Shown: positions 1 through 12,695 of the stretch, piece by piece | How the letters are laid out: each line of letters begins with the position of its first letter | How positions within the stretch are numbered: the stretch's first letter is position 1 | Source: Vicugna vicugna | Lineage: Eukaryota | Length of the DNA stretch: 64,000 nucleotides | NCBI GenBank assembly: GCA_013265495.1 | Contig: MU058463.1 | Span: forward strand, 2,007,523 to 2,071,522 | Reading direction: 5' to 3' | Translations under genes and position numbers: made by a program | Notes under the pieces: model-generated | Seen by the model: only the letters and a program-made list of their open reading frames with translations | What the model was told of the DNA's origin: nothing | Databases searched by the model: none

Positions 1-1150
1 GGACACAGAAATCCTTAGTAAAATACTAGCAAGTTAAACCCAGCAACATATTTAAAAAAAAAAAATTTACACTCTGACTAGACGAGATTTGTACCAGGAA
101 TGCAACATTGGTTTAACATCTGAAAATCAGTTGATGTAATGTACTGTATCAATAGAATGGAAAACAAATCTACATAATGATTTCAATAGATGAAGAAAAA
201 TCCTTTGACAAAATCCAACTCCCTTTCATGATGAAAACTCTCAACTAGCTAGAAATAGAATGGAACTTCCTCAACTTGACAAAGGGCATATAGGAAAAAC
301 CCAGAGTTAACACCATACTTCATAGTGAAAGACTGGATCCTTTCCCCGAAGACCATGAAGAAGACAAGATGCCCGCTCTCACCACTGCTATTCAACTTTG
401 TATTCGTGGTTCTAGCCAGGGCGATTCGGCAAGAAAAAGAAATAAGAGCATCTAGATTAGAAAGGGAGAGGTAAAACCACCTCTATTTGCAGTTGACATG
501 TTCTTGCACAAAGAAAATCCTGAAGAATCCATTTAAACACTAGTAGAACTAACAAACGAGTTTGGTAAGTTTGCAGGATGCAAGATCAAGATACAAAAAT
601 CAATTGTATTTCTACAGACCAGCGGTAAACAATTCAAAAATGAAATTTAAAAGACAATTCCATTTACAAAAACATCAACAAGAATAAAATACCCAGGAAT
701 ACATTTAACAAAGAATTTCAACACTTATACCCTGAGAACTACAAATATTATTGAAAGAAATTGTGAAAGATCAAAATGCATGGAAAAATGCCAAATGTTT
801 ATAGATGGGCAGACTTAATATCATTCAGACGGCAGTACTCCCCAGTTTGTCTGTAGATTCAGTTCAATCTCTGTCAGAATCCCAGCTAGGGTTTTTGTAG
901 AATTTGAAAAGCTGATTCCAAAATTTTTATGTAATTGCAAGGGACCCAGAAGAGCCAAAGTAGTTTTGGCTTTGGAAACAGCAGAATAAAGTTGGAGGAC
1001 ACACACTTGTTAATGTCAAAACATCATGCAAAGCAACGATAATCAAGACAGTGTGGTACTGACAGAAAGAGAGACACAGATCAGTGGAATAGAACTGAGA
1101 ATTCAGAAATAAAGCCATGTGCTTATGGTCAACTGAATGGTGCCAAGACC
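1..1150 (+). mobile_element. Old LINE-1 fragment, degenerate ORF2 (RT region and downstream), cut by window start
   Basis: L1 ORF2 motifs: atgatttcaatagatgaagaaaaatcctttgacaaaatccaa (MISID-EK-FDKIQ); ctatttgcagttgacatg (FADD-equivalent, mutated); aaagcaacgataatcaagacagtgtggtactg. Many stops and frameshifts. Confidence 0.92.
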
Positions 1151-3212
1151 AGATAAGGAGATGCAAAAGAACAAATCTGCACTATATGGTATAAAATAGG
1201 TCAAGCAATAGACCAGCTATGGGCTCAGGTTCATTTGGAATTCCAGCGGGACATTCTAAGATGGCAAAGTGTCCCAGCTGTGACTCGAGTTGGGAAACTT
1301 TTTCTACGTGGCCAGCACTCAAGCCTGATCACTGGCCAGAAATACTAGTTGTTTCGGTTTTGCAGAGGCAAAGGATAATGCTTTCCATTTGGCCTTCTGG
1401 GTTGCGAAGAGAGCAATTCTCACTTCGGCATCAGTATATGTGAAGTGAGAATCCTCGAAGAACAAAGGGATGGCAGGTAGAGCTCGAATCTTCCTGACGG
1501 TAAAAGAAAGAACCAGGCTCTTTCTTCCCTGGTCCCTGAGTTAACTAAGCCCTAACTAACAAGAAAAAAGCGCTTCCCCTTTCAGAATCATGGCCTTGGC
1601 TTGCTTTTGGCCTTAGCAAAACTTTATCTTTCTAGAATCAGAAGGCAGGGCTGGTGCAGGCTCTCAGCCCCTCAGCTGAGGCTCTGGGTCAGAGAAGTCT
1701 CTTGTTTTGATCAGCAAAAGAGCTATCTTTCTTCTGCTGTTAACCATGATTCATTGGCATTGTATAAAATCAATATTGTTTTTAACACATGATATTTAGG
1801 AAACAAAATAAAGAGAAGGATCAAATCATGCAGAGAGACAGAAAGTAATTTTTACTTAAAATTCTCAATAGTCACACCACTTTCCCTGGGAGTGTCAAAT
1901 TCTAAGGGCCACTTCATTATTTTCCGAGGTAGAAAATGACAGCAGCCTGTTTGAGGAGAAAAAGAGAACAAACTACACAAATATGTCACCTCCCCTGTCC
2001 CCAAACTCCTCTCTGCCTTCCTCCTACAAGTGTGTCTGCCCAGAAGCTAAGAGAGGGTATTTGTGGCTAAAAGGTACTCTTATAGTTCACAATAAGCATT
2101 CCTTACATTCTGCACATTTTAACCACGTTGGGTTCAAGGGGGAGACCAAAGAAAGAGCCGCGCTTTTACCACATAGGGTGAGTGATACTGGACAAGACAA
2201 AAAACAAAGATTTCCATGTCATTTTTCACCTCACTTCTGCATGAGGCGGTCAATTTTAGTCTGATGACCAGGACGTGGACCACACGAGGGGGAGGAAGTC
2301 ATCCAGAGAAAGAAGAAAGGTGAATCCAGAACTTCCACAATTTCAAATGCTTTCAAATCAACAGGCAGAAATGGTTGGAGATTTTTAAGGCTCTGCCACT
2401 TAGTATTTTAGAAAACTCAAGGAGACTATGTGAAAGGTTCCTAAATCTGACACTATCAAGTCACTAACAGAACAATCTCAGATTCCTTTCAAATGTTGTC
2501 AAATGATCCATGTGTCAAAACTCAAGAGACCACAAGCAGCAAAATAATGAAGATCAAGGAAGTGGGCTTCCATCCCACTCTGTCAAGCCTCAGGAAGTGG
2601 AAAATGATAGAAATATTTTGGCCCCAGGTAGTTCCTAACCTAAGCTTTGCAAATAAAATCTTAGTACTAGATTTTATAATGATAGACTACCACTATAGGT
2701 GAGTTGATAGTGCCCTGAATCCCATGGTGGGCACAAAAAATGGCCTTGAGGGCTGACTGAGAAAATCCTGTTCACCCTGGAGAATAGGCACTCAGTAGGT
2801 CCGTCCCCTCACCTTTATTCCAAGATTGGATGTGAGCGACATTATTGTGGTAGGTTCACTTATAAGCTCCCGAATGCCACAACCTGGTGTTCCCAACTAA
2901 CCCCTTCCCCAGTTCATTGGTTCATGTCTCATCACCCCTAAACCCCAGCCACGCTGGGCCATCCGCTTGGATGTGTGGGCTACCGCCAATGCCTAGGGAC
3001 CAAGTGCATATTGTGTGATGCTTTTGCAGACTTTGGGGATGCCTTTGAGGGCAGTGTAAGGAGAGGACACAAAAGCAGATCTCTCTTGAATCTGAAGAGG
3101 GGAGCTCTTTAATTCCCAGGGGACAAGATGAGTCGGATAAAGTGAATGCTTGAGTTTACTTAAGCCAAGATGGGCAGACCAGCTGGCAAGACATGGTGGG
3201 CAAGAACACACA

Positions 3213-3430
3213 TTCTGGAGACAGACTCTTCTGGGTTGGAACCTCTGCTGAGAAGTTTATAAGATCTGTGACCAGAGCCCCTCACGTCCAGCGTCTCTGC
3301 ACCACAGTCGCTCAGATAGAAAATGGTGGTACTAGAACCTACCTCACAGGTCTGTTTTGCAGATTAAATAAGACGTTGTCTATGAAAGCACAGACTAGGG
3401 CGCAGTCCTCAGAAGATGCTCAGTCAACCA
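3213..3430 (+). mobile_element. MIR SINE
   Basis: MIR core-like aaaatggtggtactagaacctacctcacaggtctgttttgcagattaaataaga. Confidence 0.7.
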
Positions 3431-4384
3431 ACAATCCATTATACAGGGGACATTATTTTAAAAACGCTTCCAATCCTTCCTGCTTTAAATCCTACCTTGC
3501 AAAGCACATCCTTGTTTTCAATAGTTTTAATATACAAGGGATAGAGCTTCCTCCAGGAGTCGGAAGGTCAGCTGCCCTCCTTACCTGGCAGGTCCCCTTT
3601 CTGTGCCCTCCTGCCTCAACCATCCGCTCCAGCCTCCTGGCCTAGAACTCTCAGATCAGATATGAAGAAAAAAATAAAAGATTTTTCCCCACTCCTTTCC
3701 AAACTGATAAAGAGGAATTGCTAAGTCCTTCTCAGAGGAGGGAAGGCAAAGTGTGTTCAGTGCTTACTTGGAGGATAAAGCATGCTTGTCGAATTAGGAA
3801 AAGCTGAAGTTCTTTTGGAGAAGTGGCACACGAGAACTGGGGAGGGAGCGGCAAGATAAGGAAGAGCAGGGCTGTCCGTCTGTGAAGAAGGCACGGCAGC
3901 ATGAATCTGCCTTGGTGCTCATCCACCGAGGGATACCTTCCAGAACATCGACGTTCCACATGGTCTCCACTCCCCAGGCTGCCTCTGCACTCAGCCCCCT
4001 GGGCTCTGTGTGTGGGGCACCTCCAAATCCTAACCCTGGAGAGAAACACTGCTGAGGGCTCTGGGCAACTCTGAGCTCAGTGCATTTGACTGCCACGTGC
4101 TGCATGTAGGTTTTAATTCCTGGCATAATCTCGGCTAAATTCTAAATTGAAGTCGCACATGGTTGCACTGACTTGGGATCAGACCCTGAAGTGAATGCTT
4201 TTGGGTATTGTTTTTCTCATGTAGAGAAACTACACGAATATAACAGGAGAGGAAGACGAAAATACGGGTGGGCAAAAATTTTAAGAGGTGCTTATAAATA
4301 TCTCAAGTATTTGGCATATTTAATCTTCATAAAACATTAAACTTAGGATTGTTTTCTACATTTACAGGTAAGAAAGAGGCTCAA

Positions 4385-6918
4385 CACAGACTCATCATGA
4401 AAAAAAGAGAAGGGGCCCAAATTAAAATCAGAAATGAAAAAGAAGTTACAACTGACACCACAGAAATACAAGGGATCATAAAAGACTGCTATGAACAACT
4501 ATATGCCAATAAAATGGACAACCTAGAAGAAATGGATAAATTCTTAGAAAGGTACAATCTCCTAAGACAAAACCAGGAAGAAATAGGAAATATGAACAGA
4601 CCAATTACCAGTGATAAAATTGAATCAGTAATTTAAAAACTTACAAAAAACAAAGTCCAAGGCCAGATGGCTTCATAGGTGAATTCAGTCAAGCATTTAA
4701 AGAGGAGTTAGCATTTCTCCTTCTGAAACTATTCCAAAAGATTGCAGAGCAAGGAGCACTTCCAAACTCATTCTATGAGGCCACCATCACCCTGATACCA
4801 AAAGCAAAGATATCACAAAAAAGAAAATGAGAGGCCGTTATCACTGATGAACATAGATGCAAAAATCCTCAACAAAGTACTAGCAAGCTGAATCCAACAA
4901 TACATAAAAAAGGGTCATACACCATGAGCAAGTGGAATTTATCCCAGGGATGCAAGGATTTTTCAATAGCTAAAAATCAATTAATGTGATACACCACATT
5001 AATGTATTGAAGAATAAAAACCATATGATCATCTCAATGGATGCAGAAAAAGCTTTTGATAAAGTTCAATATCCATTTATGATTAAAACTCTCCAGAAAA
5101 GCAGGCATAGAGGGAACATAACTCAACATAATAAAGGCCGTATTTGACAAACCCATAACTAACATACTGAACAGCGAAAGGCTGAAAAGCATTCCCTCTA
5201 AGATCAGGAACAAGACAAGGATGCCCACTCTTGCCATTTACATTCAGCATAGGTTTGGAAGTCCTAGCCACAGCAATCAGAGATGAAAAGGAAGTAGAAG
5301 GAGTCCAAACTGGAAAGGAAGAAGTAAAACTGTCACTCTTTGCAGATGACATACATGATACTATACATGGAAAATCCTAAGGACACCACCAGAAAACTAC
5401 TAGAGCACATCAATGAATTTGGTAAAGTTGCAGGATACAAAATTAATATACAGAAATCAGTTGCATTTCTATATACTAACAGTGAACTACCAGAAAGGGA
5501 AATTAAGAAGACAATCCCATTTACCAATGTATCAAAATGAATAAAATACCTTGGAATAAACCTATGTAAGGAGGGAAAATATCTGTACTCAGAAAACTGT
5601 AAGGCATTGATGAATGAAATGGAAGATGGCACAAACAGATGGAAAGATATACTGAGTTCTTAGACTGGAAGAATCAATATTGTTAAAATGATGATACGTC
5701 TCAAGACAATCTACAGATTCAATGCAACTCATCAAAATACCATTTTGAGAGGCATTTTTTCATAAAACTAGAACAAACAACTTAAAAATTTATATTGAAC
5801 CACAAAAGACCCCAGAGAGCCAAAACAATCTTAAGAAAGAACGGAGCTGGAGGAATCATGTTCCCTGACTTCAGACTACAGTAATCAAAGCTACAGTAAT
5901 CGAAACAGCATGGTACTGGCACAAAAACAGACTCATAGATCAATGGAACAGGAAAGAAAGTCCAGAAATAAACCTATGCACTCACGGTCAATTAATCTAT
6001 GACAAAGGAGGCAAGAATATTCAATGGGGAGAAAGGCAGTCTCTTCAGTAAGTCGTGCTGGGAAAACTGGACAGCTACATGTAAAACAATGAGATTAGAA
6101 CTTTCCCTTGCACCACGTACAAAAATAAATTCAAAGTGGGTTAAAAACCTAAATGTGAGACCAGATACAATAAAACTCCTAGAGAAAAACATAGGCAGAA
6201 TACTCTTTGACATAAATCACACCAATATCTTTTCAGATTCATCTCCTAAAGTAAATAAAAGTAAAAATAAACAAATGGGACCTAATTAAGCTTAAAAGCT
6301 TTTGTACAGCAAAGGAAACCACTGATAAAACAAAAAGGTAACCTATTGAATGGAAGAAAATATTTGCAAATGATATGACAGATAAGGGATTAATATCCAA
6401 GATATATAAACAGCTCATACAACTCAACATCAAAAAAAAATCTGATTAAAAAATAGGCAGAAGAACTGAATAGACATTTTTCCAAAGAAGAAATGCAGAT
6501 GGCCAACAGGCCATGAAAAGACACTCAACATGACTAATCATCACGGAAATGCAAATCAAAACCACAAAGAGATATCATCACACACCTGCCAGAATGGCTA
6601 GCATCATAAAGATCACAACTAGCAAATGTTGGTGAGGATGTGATGAAATGGGAACACTTGTACACCATTGGTGGGAATGTAAATTGGTGCAGACACTGTG
6701 GAGAACAGAATGGAGATTTCTCAAGAAAACTAAAAATAGAACTACCGTATGACCCAGCAATTCCACTCGTAGATATATATCTGAAAAAAAACAAAAAAAC
6801 AAAAACCCACTTTGAAAAGATATATATACCCTAATATTAACAGCAGCATTATTTACAATCACCAAGATATGGGAACAACTTATGTCCATCAACAGATGAA
6901 TGGATAAAGATGTGGTGT

Positions 6919-6969
<51 letters not shown>

Positions 6970-7364
6970 GGAGTACTACTCAGCCATAAAAAATGAAAGT
7001 TTGCCATTTGCAGCAACATGGTTGGACTTGGAGGGCGCTATGCTAAGTGAAATAAGTCAGACAGAGAAACATGTATACTGTATGACATCACTTATATGGG
7101 GAATCTAAAAAATATGACACACTAGTGGATATACCAAAAAAGAATCAGATTCACAGATATAGAGAACCAACTAATGGTCACCAGTGAAGAGGGTAGGGAT
7201 GGGGAGGTGGGAGGTACAAACTACTGGATGTAAGACAGGTTAAGGATGTTTTGTACAACACAGGGTATATAGCCTTTATTTTGTAATAACTGTAAATGAA
7301 AAATAATCTTTTAAAACTTGCATCAAAAAAGTTTTTTAATTAAGAAATGTAAAAAAAAAAAAAA
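4385..7364 (+). mobile_element. 5'-truncated LINE-1 (~3 kb): disrupted ORF2 (RT to C-terminus, stop ~7108), 3'UTR and poly(A), inserted into an antisense MIR
   Basis: ORF pieces match L1 ORF2 ([78 protein letters not shown]). ctctttgcagatgac (LFADD) is followed by a 4-nt duplication frameshift. A-tail 7351-7364. Degenerate TSD aagaaagaggctcaa (4370-4384) / aagggagagactcaa (7363-7377), 12/15 identical. MIR-like sequence on both flanks. Confidence 0.97.
6921..6966. repeat. (AC)23 microsatellite inside L1
   Basis: Read directly from sequence. Confidence 0.98.
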
Positions 7365-7714
7365 GGGAGAGACTCAATGAGAGGTAAAGCCAGGCTTCAA
7401 ACACAAGACTCCAAATCCTATCTGCTACTCATCACCACACCAGTTTGCCTCCAGGAGGTACCACTGAAAACTGGATACTCTCAGTCTGTTTCTAGCATTT
7501 TACAAGCTTTTCTCACTTAAAAAGTTTGGCAGTTGGAATAAATCACCTCCAAGTTACTTCCCAGCTCTGTCACTTATTAAAAGGAAGGGCCTTCCTGCCA
7601 TGGCGAGGCCTGAGGATAACAGGATTCTTTGGACGTTTGGAAACACCCAGCCCCCTGACCCAGGGCCGAGACAAAGCTGCGATCCGCAGGGGAGCTGATC
7701 GTGGGCCGAGAAAC

Positions 7715-7835
7715 CAGGCAAGTGTGAATTCTAATCCTGGTGCCGACACCGACTTCCTCCTAATCCTCGCAGTCACTTTGTTTCTGGGTTTCCATCTTTG
7801 CAACAAGGTTAATAGGACTCATCAATCTCCCAGGA
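7715..7835 (+). mobile_element. MIR fragment
   Basis: gaattctaatcctggtgccgacacc...tttctgggtttccatctttgcaacaagg resembles the MIR core. Confidence 0.55.
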
Positions 7836-8899
7836 GGTGTTCACGTCTGCTCCGCGTCTGCAAGGAGCTAAAGCCTGTTTCTGAGGGCTTGTGGTGGTTT
7901 TACATGGACGAATCCTCAGACACAAAACTCAGACATGCTCAAGGGCAAGTTGTTGAAAATTGCATTAAAAAAAAAAAAAGCATGTGTGAACCTGCTCGAT
8001 GATCTCAAATTTATAACTCATTCAGAAAAGCCGTGGTTGCATTATTTGTTCAGCTACTGGGGGAAAAAATTACTTAGCTAAAGTCTAGCCTAGGAGAAGG
8101 CACACAGGAAAAAAGGTTCTAGAATAATACCAGACATTTGGGAGTTCACACACACAAAAGCAATGTAAGAATCTCTTTCTTTTCTCCCCTTTATGTATGT
8201 AAAATCTTTACCATCAGAATGATAGACTGAGTTGGATCATAGGATAGTCTTTTACATCCTCATTTAAATGGTTGATTCTTTTACCCTGAAGAAATAGAAT
8301 CATCCAGAACTTTCACGGGTGCTAAGTTTTGAATGGGTAGAAATGGCCAAGCGCAGCAGGAAATCCACGATTCTATCCTTGTCTGTGAGATGGAACAGCT
8401 TACTGGGGTGAGCTTCATCTGGTCGTGCCTTTTGGAGGTGAGCATAGAGCTCTTATCAAAAGGTCTTTCCTAACCTGCTGTGATGGGGATGCCTGCATGG
8501 GGGTGGGGCACGGAGGAGAGGGGTCAGCCAGCTGTGCCCCTGCATCTGTGTTTCCTCCCTCCTGCACGTCACGGGAAGAGAAATTTCCTGATGTCTCTCT
8601 CCGTACCTTCTTACTATCCCAGGAGGCTGATCACGTCTCTACTCCCCCTTAAGAACAATGAGACCCTTTTTTTTTTCTTTTATATAGGTCTCCCCTATGA
8701 TTTTTTTTTTCAATTCCAAACTGCATTTTGAAGGCCTTTCTCAGGCTGTGATGAATCAGGGACTCCTGTTTCCCACTCCAGACCCCATCCTGCCATCACT
8801 GTGGCTATACAACACATAGAGTTAAGCAAACAAAAGAATTTTTCATTTTCTCTTTCATTCAGTAAGGCTCTATTTTCTGTCACCCTACAACCTTTTGAC

Positions 8900-9300
8900 C
8901 TGTGTCCTCATGGCGCCGGTCACTCAAGGGCAGCAGTGCAGCAGTAGGTTAAGTCTGTGTGTGTTGACGGGGAGGAGAGGGTCTGTTCGCGCTCGCTTCC
9001 TGTTGTCCGTGCCTGCACAGGGCAACTGCTCTCCCAGAGCCCTGCGGTCCCACCTGCTGAGAGGGCTCCTTCCTCTGAAAGACAGGTTAAAAAAAAAAAA
9101 AAAAAAGGAAAGAAAAGAAGATAGTTTTCTCTCTTCTTTCCCTCCAGTCTTCGAGCTCATTGGTCCTTGCTGCAGCTGAGCTGGCAGCCGCCAGTCTTAC
9201 CTTGGACAGGTCGAGGGAATAGCTGCTCTAACAGTGACTCTTCCATTTGGTTGTAAGCCTCTCAGTCGGCATTTCCTAACACCTATTAATCCATGAATCC
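8900..9300. other. Repeat-free, CpG-retaining block with strong splice signals on both strands (candidate non-coding/5'UTR exons or regulatory element)
   Basis: Minus strand: donor AAG|gtaaga at 9200 and a long T-rich tract + cag acceptor at 9075 define a 126-nt candidate intron. Plus strand: ttttctctcttctttccctccag acceptor ending 9147 and gtaagc donor at 9253. ETS-like cgcttcctgt ~8994. Confidence 0.4.
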
Positions 9301-10379
9301 TGAAAGTCACATTAAAATATAGTTTGGGTTGCTGCTTTAAAAGGTTTGAGGCTAATGGGAAACTATGTATTAAATAACTGAAGTACCACGGAAACATAGA
9401 TTATACGGGGAAAGTTCTAATTTAAATATGGCATATAATTTCCCCCGTAGGATCTCTCTTCCTCTCCTATTTCTCCACTCTTGCCACCTCACCTGCTACT
9501 GCCGAGCTCTGCCATCCTACAACGCCGTTTCCAGGAGATAAACTCTCTAACTGCCACTAGTAATTGTGTTGAATAGCTGACTGGTTATGGAAAGTGTTGC
9601 TGTGTGCAAAATTCATTCACTTATTCTTTCGTGCATTCATCCAATACACCCAATTACCCATTCAACCATTCATCTTTCCCTCTTCCAGGGAGATCCGAGC
9701 TCTAGACAGTGGACGACTGTGAACTACTCTGAGTGGTTCAGTGTGGCTCCAGTACAGGGTGTGGACAAAAGGTAGGTGAAACTAGCCTGGAAAAGGACAC
9801 AGTACATCAGCCACTTCTGCAAATCCACACTGTGGCTCACATCTCCTATCTGCGCTAGACCTTCTCCGCACAACCCGTGCCACATGAGCAGGCATCGTGT
9901 GCACAGCTTGGCGGTGCCCTCCAGGGATCCCGTCCTCTCACGTACAGCTGGCCCCTGAAAGATACCACAGAAAGGATATTTAATTTGGTACCTCTCCAGA
10001 AACAATGATTTACTCTCCCTGCCGGTTCTCTCTCTTCCCTCCAAGTCTGTATGACAGACTCTAAGACCAACAATGGGCATGTAATTAACTACTTGACCTC
10101 TGCTCTGCTATGTGGACAGATGATGTGTAATGCTTCCTTCCTTCTTTTCCATTTTTGCCTGGTTTCCAAGTTATGTGTGTCCCTCTGTTGCTCAATCTCT
10201 TGTTCTGTCTTCCCCCATATGGTGTGACAGATCACTACAACAGACCGCTATGGATGGGCTCCCACATGGGAAGATGGCCCTACTGAGGCAGATCCATGAT
10301 CACCCTGGAGGAGTGCCACATTCTGTTTTCCAGGGGCCAAATCCGGATGCTACTGAGGAAGATGTAAAAAACCTATAGG

Positions 10380-11000
10380 CACCTAATTGTGCAATGTTAT
10401 ACTTCCCAATGCCAGCTGGTGATCAAATTATGAGATGAAACAAGAGGATTTATAATCCTTGAAATTTCATCTGAGACTGTGTTGTCTCAGAGGTAGTCTA
10501 ACCATATGGTCCATCCTTTTTACAAGGTTCCAAGCAACCCACCAGGGTACTGAGTCCCGAGGGTTAATTTCATTTTGTCTGTCTACTTCCTAATATATAA
10601 GAGATAAGATGCAATGGGATACTCCTATTCCATTTATTACTTTTTTCTTAGAATCTATGTCCTCGTCAAATATGAGTGGTTCTCTCCCCAAAATATGTGA
10701 CTCTTTTTCCCAAAATGGTTTAGCATTTCTTACTGTAAATCCTTCATCATACAGCTGATCCTTGTTCTTTCTCTGAACTGTCATACTTCCATTGTTTAAG
10801 ATTTCTATCATTGTCCTCATTCTAGTTTACTATAAGCAATTCCAGAATTTTCATGGTGACTGTTTTTCTCATCTCTATCTCAAGGATCTGTGCCAAAATA
10901 TAAATGTATGGGACATAGTTCTTTATATATGGTTTTGCCCCAGTATCAGCAGGAAAATAAAGTTATTCCATTCCTCTCCCCCAGGGTTCTTCTATATCTG
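10380..11000 (-). mobile_element. Possible very old class III ERV (ERVL-like) gag remnant
   Basis: Minus-strand conceptual pieces QLYDEG and, after a frameshift, WLLGTL*KGWT loosely resemble ERVL/MaLR gag motifs. Weak. Confidence 0.2.
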
Positions 11001-11624
11001 TGTATGGAACTTAGGAGACAAGAAATGTCTCAATCAAGATGTAAATGGTAAACCTAAGGTATTTAGGAGATGTTGCATTAAAATCAATGAGTTAATTTTT
11101 AGATACAAAAAGTCATCGTGGATCTCTGAATGGAGATGTTGAAAAGGAAGATCACAGCCAGCCTGGAAAAGAGTAAGATACCTTCACCTGGATGTCATGA
11201 GTAAGCGTGGCCCAAAGATAAAGCTGTGCAGAGTTGCAGATAATGTTAGGAAACAAAAAGTGTTGAAGGATCAGGAAAAAGGTGGGAGATTCAAAGTTAA
11301 AGTCATGGACAATAACCTGAACAATTCACAAAACTGAAAACAAAAGAGGGAGGTGAAAAAACTATCATTAATGCAATTTAAATAACTATTTGTTGATTTA
11401 ATTAGTTATCTGAAAACTAAATTTATCATAAAAGGGACTATAGTCAGCCTAGAAAGGAAGTAACGAGAGAAAAAAAGTTTATACCTTCAGAAATCCAAAA
11501 AAGGACTCCAGCTAGGGTAGACAGGTAGAAATATAATTAGCTAGTTATACCCCATTGACTCTACCTCAGCGGTCAGATCTTAGGAGAGAGATGGATGGAT
11601 ACATGTCACCGTTAAAAGCACAGA

Positions 11625-11830
11625 CTGAAGCCAGACTGACTGAACTCGAAGACTGGCCTTTGCCATTTACTAGCCAAGCAACTTGGATAAGTTGCTTAAT
11701 CTCTCCATGCCTCAGTGTCCTCCTCTCTAAAATGGTGATAATAGTATTTACCCCCAAATTGATTTACTGATTATGAGAATTAAAGAAATATGTAAATATA
11801 ATTCCTGGCACACAGGAAGCACCACACAAG
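11625..11830 (+). mobile_element. MIR SINE
   Basis: ccatttactagccaagcaacttggataagttgcttaatctctccatgcctcagtgtcctcctctctaaaatggtgataatag. Confidence 0.85.
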
Positions 11831-12529
11831 GATTTGTTGCTGTTGTTGTGTTAACACTGGATAGAACTAAGGAACAAGAAGGTACTACTACTATTTTGAC
11901 CTTTGTCAAGCCAGCTGGCTTAGGGGATAGCAGTAAAACTCTGGACAACTTTAACTGCATTTGCAGGATGGAAAAGGGGGAAAAGAGCCAAAGGGTGAAG
12001 GGAAGAAGAGGGATGCCTTAAAAATAACTTCTGCACAGTTCGAATTTTTTTCCAGGGCTAGGTCCAACCAGACTCTTTATCCCCAGGTTTTCAGCACCTC
12101 AATTCCCTGCTACAGGGACGAAAAATGCAACTCACTGTATATACTCAAGGGCGTACTTCTGCCAGCCTTCTGGAAATCATCTAGGATATTTGCTGTTTGT
12201 AATCAACTTTCTTTTAACCAGATTAGGTCCTCCAGCCTCTATTTGGATCCACCCCTAATCTCACTAAGAGGCAGATGAGATTTTGAAAAGCAGAGGTGGG
12301 TAGAAAGGGTTTTCAGTGTGAAGGGAACAGCTCGAGCAGAGACAGAACAAAAGGAAAGATGAAGGTAAACCTAGAGGTCATATGGACTAGAACACAGTGC
12401 ATCTAAGTAATGTAAAGGAGAAAAGGGAGCTGGGACCAGGCAGACTTGATGAAAGCTAAGGTGAGAACACCGTGCTCAACCTGGGAGACAATGCAGGGGC
12501 CGCTGGGGGCCTTGAGACCCCTTAACAGT

Positions 12530-12625
12530 ATTCATAGTGTGGAAGCAAAGCTTTTAGGAGTCAGACCTGTTCACTAGCTGGGTAACCTTGCTTATGTCAC
12601 TTCTCTAACCCTCAGTGTCCTTATT
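12530..12625 (+). mobile_element. MIR fragment
   Basis: ggagtcagacctgttcactagctgggtaaccttgcttatgtcacttctctaaccctcagtgtcct. Confidence 0.7.
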
Positions 12626-12649
12626 GTTTTGATTTTTAAAATATGTATA

Positions 12650-12695
12650 TACTAACACAACATCATAAATCAACTATCCTTCAATTTAAAAAAGT
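12650..12695 (+). mobile_element. Extreme 3'-terminal L1 fragment (~45 bp)
   Basis: actaacacaacatcataaatcaactatccttcaatttaaaaaa matches the termini of the other L1 copies in this window (e.g. 40130-40160). Confidence 0.75.

Noticed and set aside
3193..3645. 150-aa ORF
   Set aside because: Overlaps a MIR and shows no protein similarity.
4349..7108. ORFs with RT/L1 ORF2 similarity as a functional gene
   Set aside because: 5'-truncated with numerous stops and frameshifts; a dead L1 copy.
7526..8002. 158-aa ORF
   Set aside because: TTG start, crosses a MIR fragment and a poly(A) run, no recognised domain.
8890..8913. Minus-strand GCGCCATGAGGACACAG as a gene start codon
   Set aside because: The frame stops after 8 codons unless the weak donor gtcaaa is used; no gene recognised.
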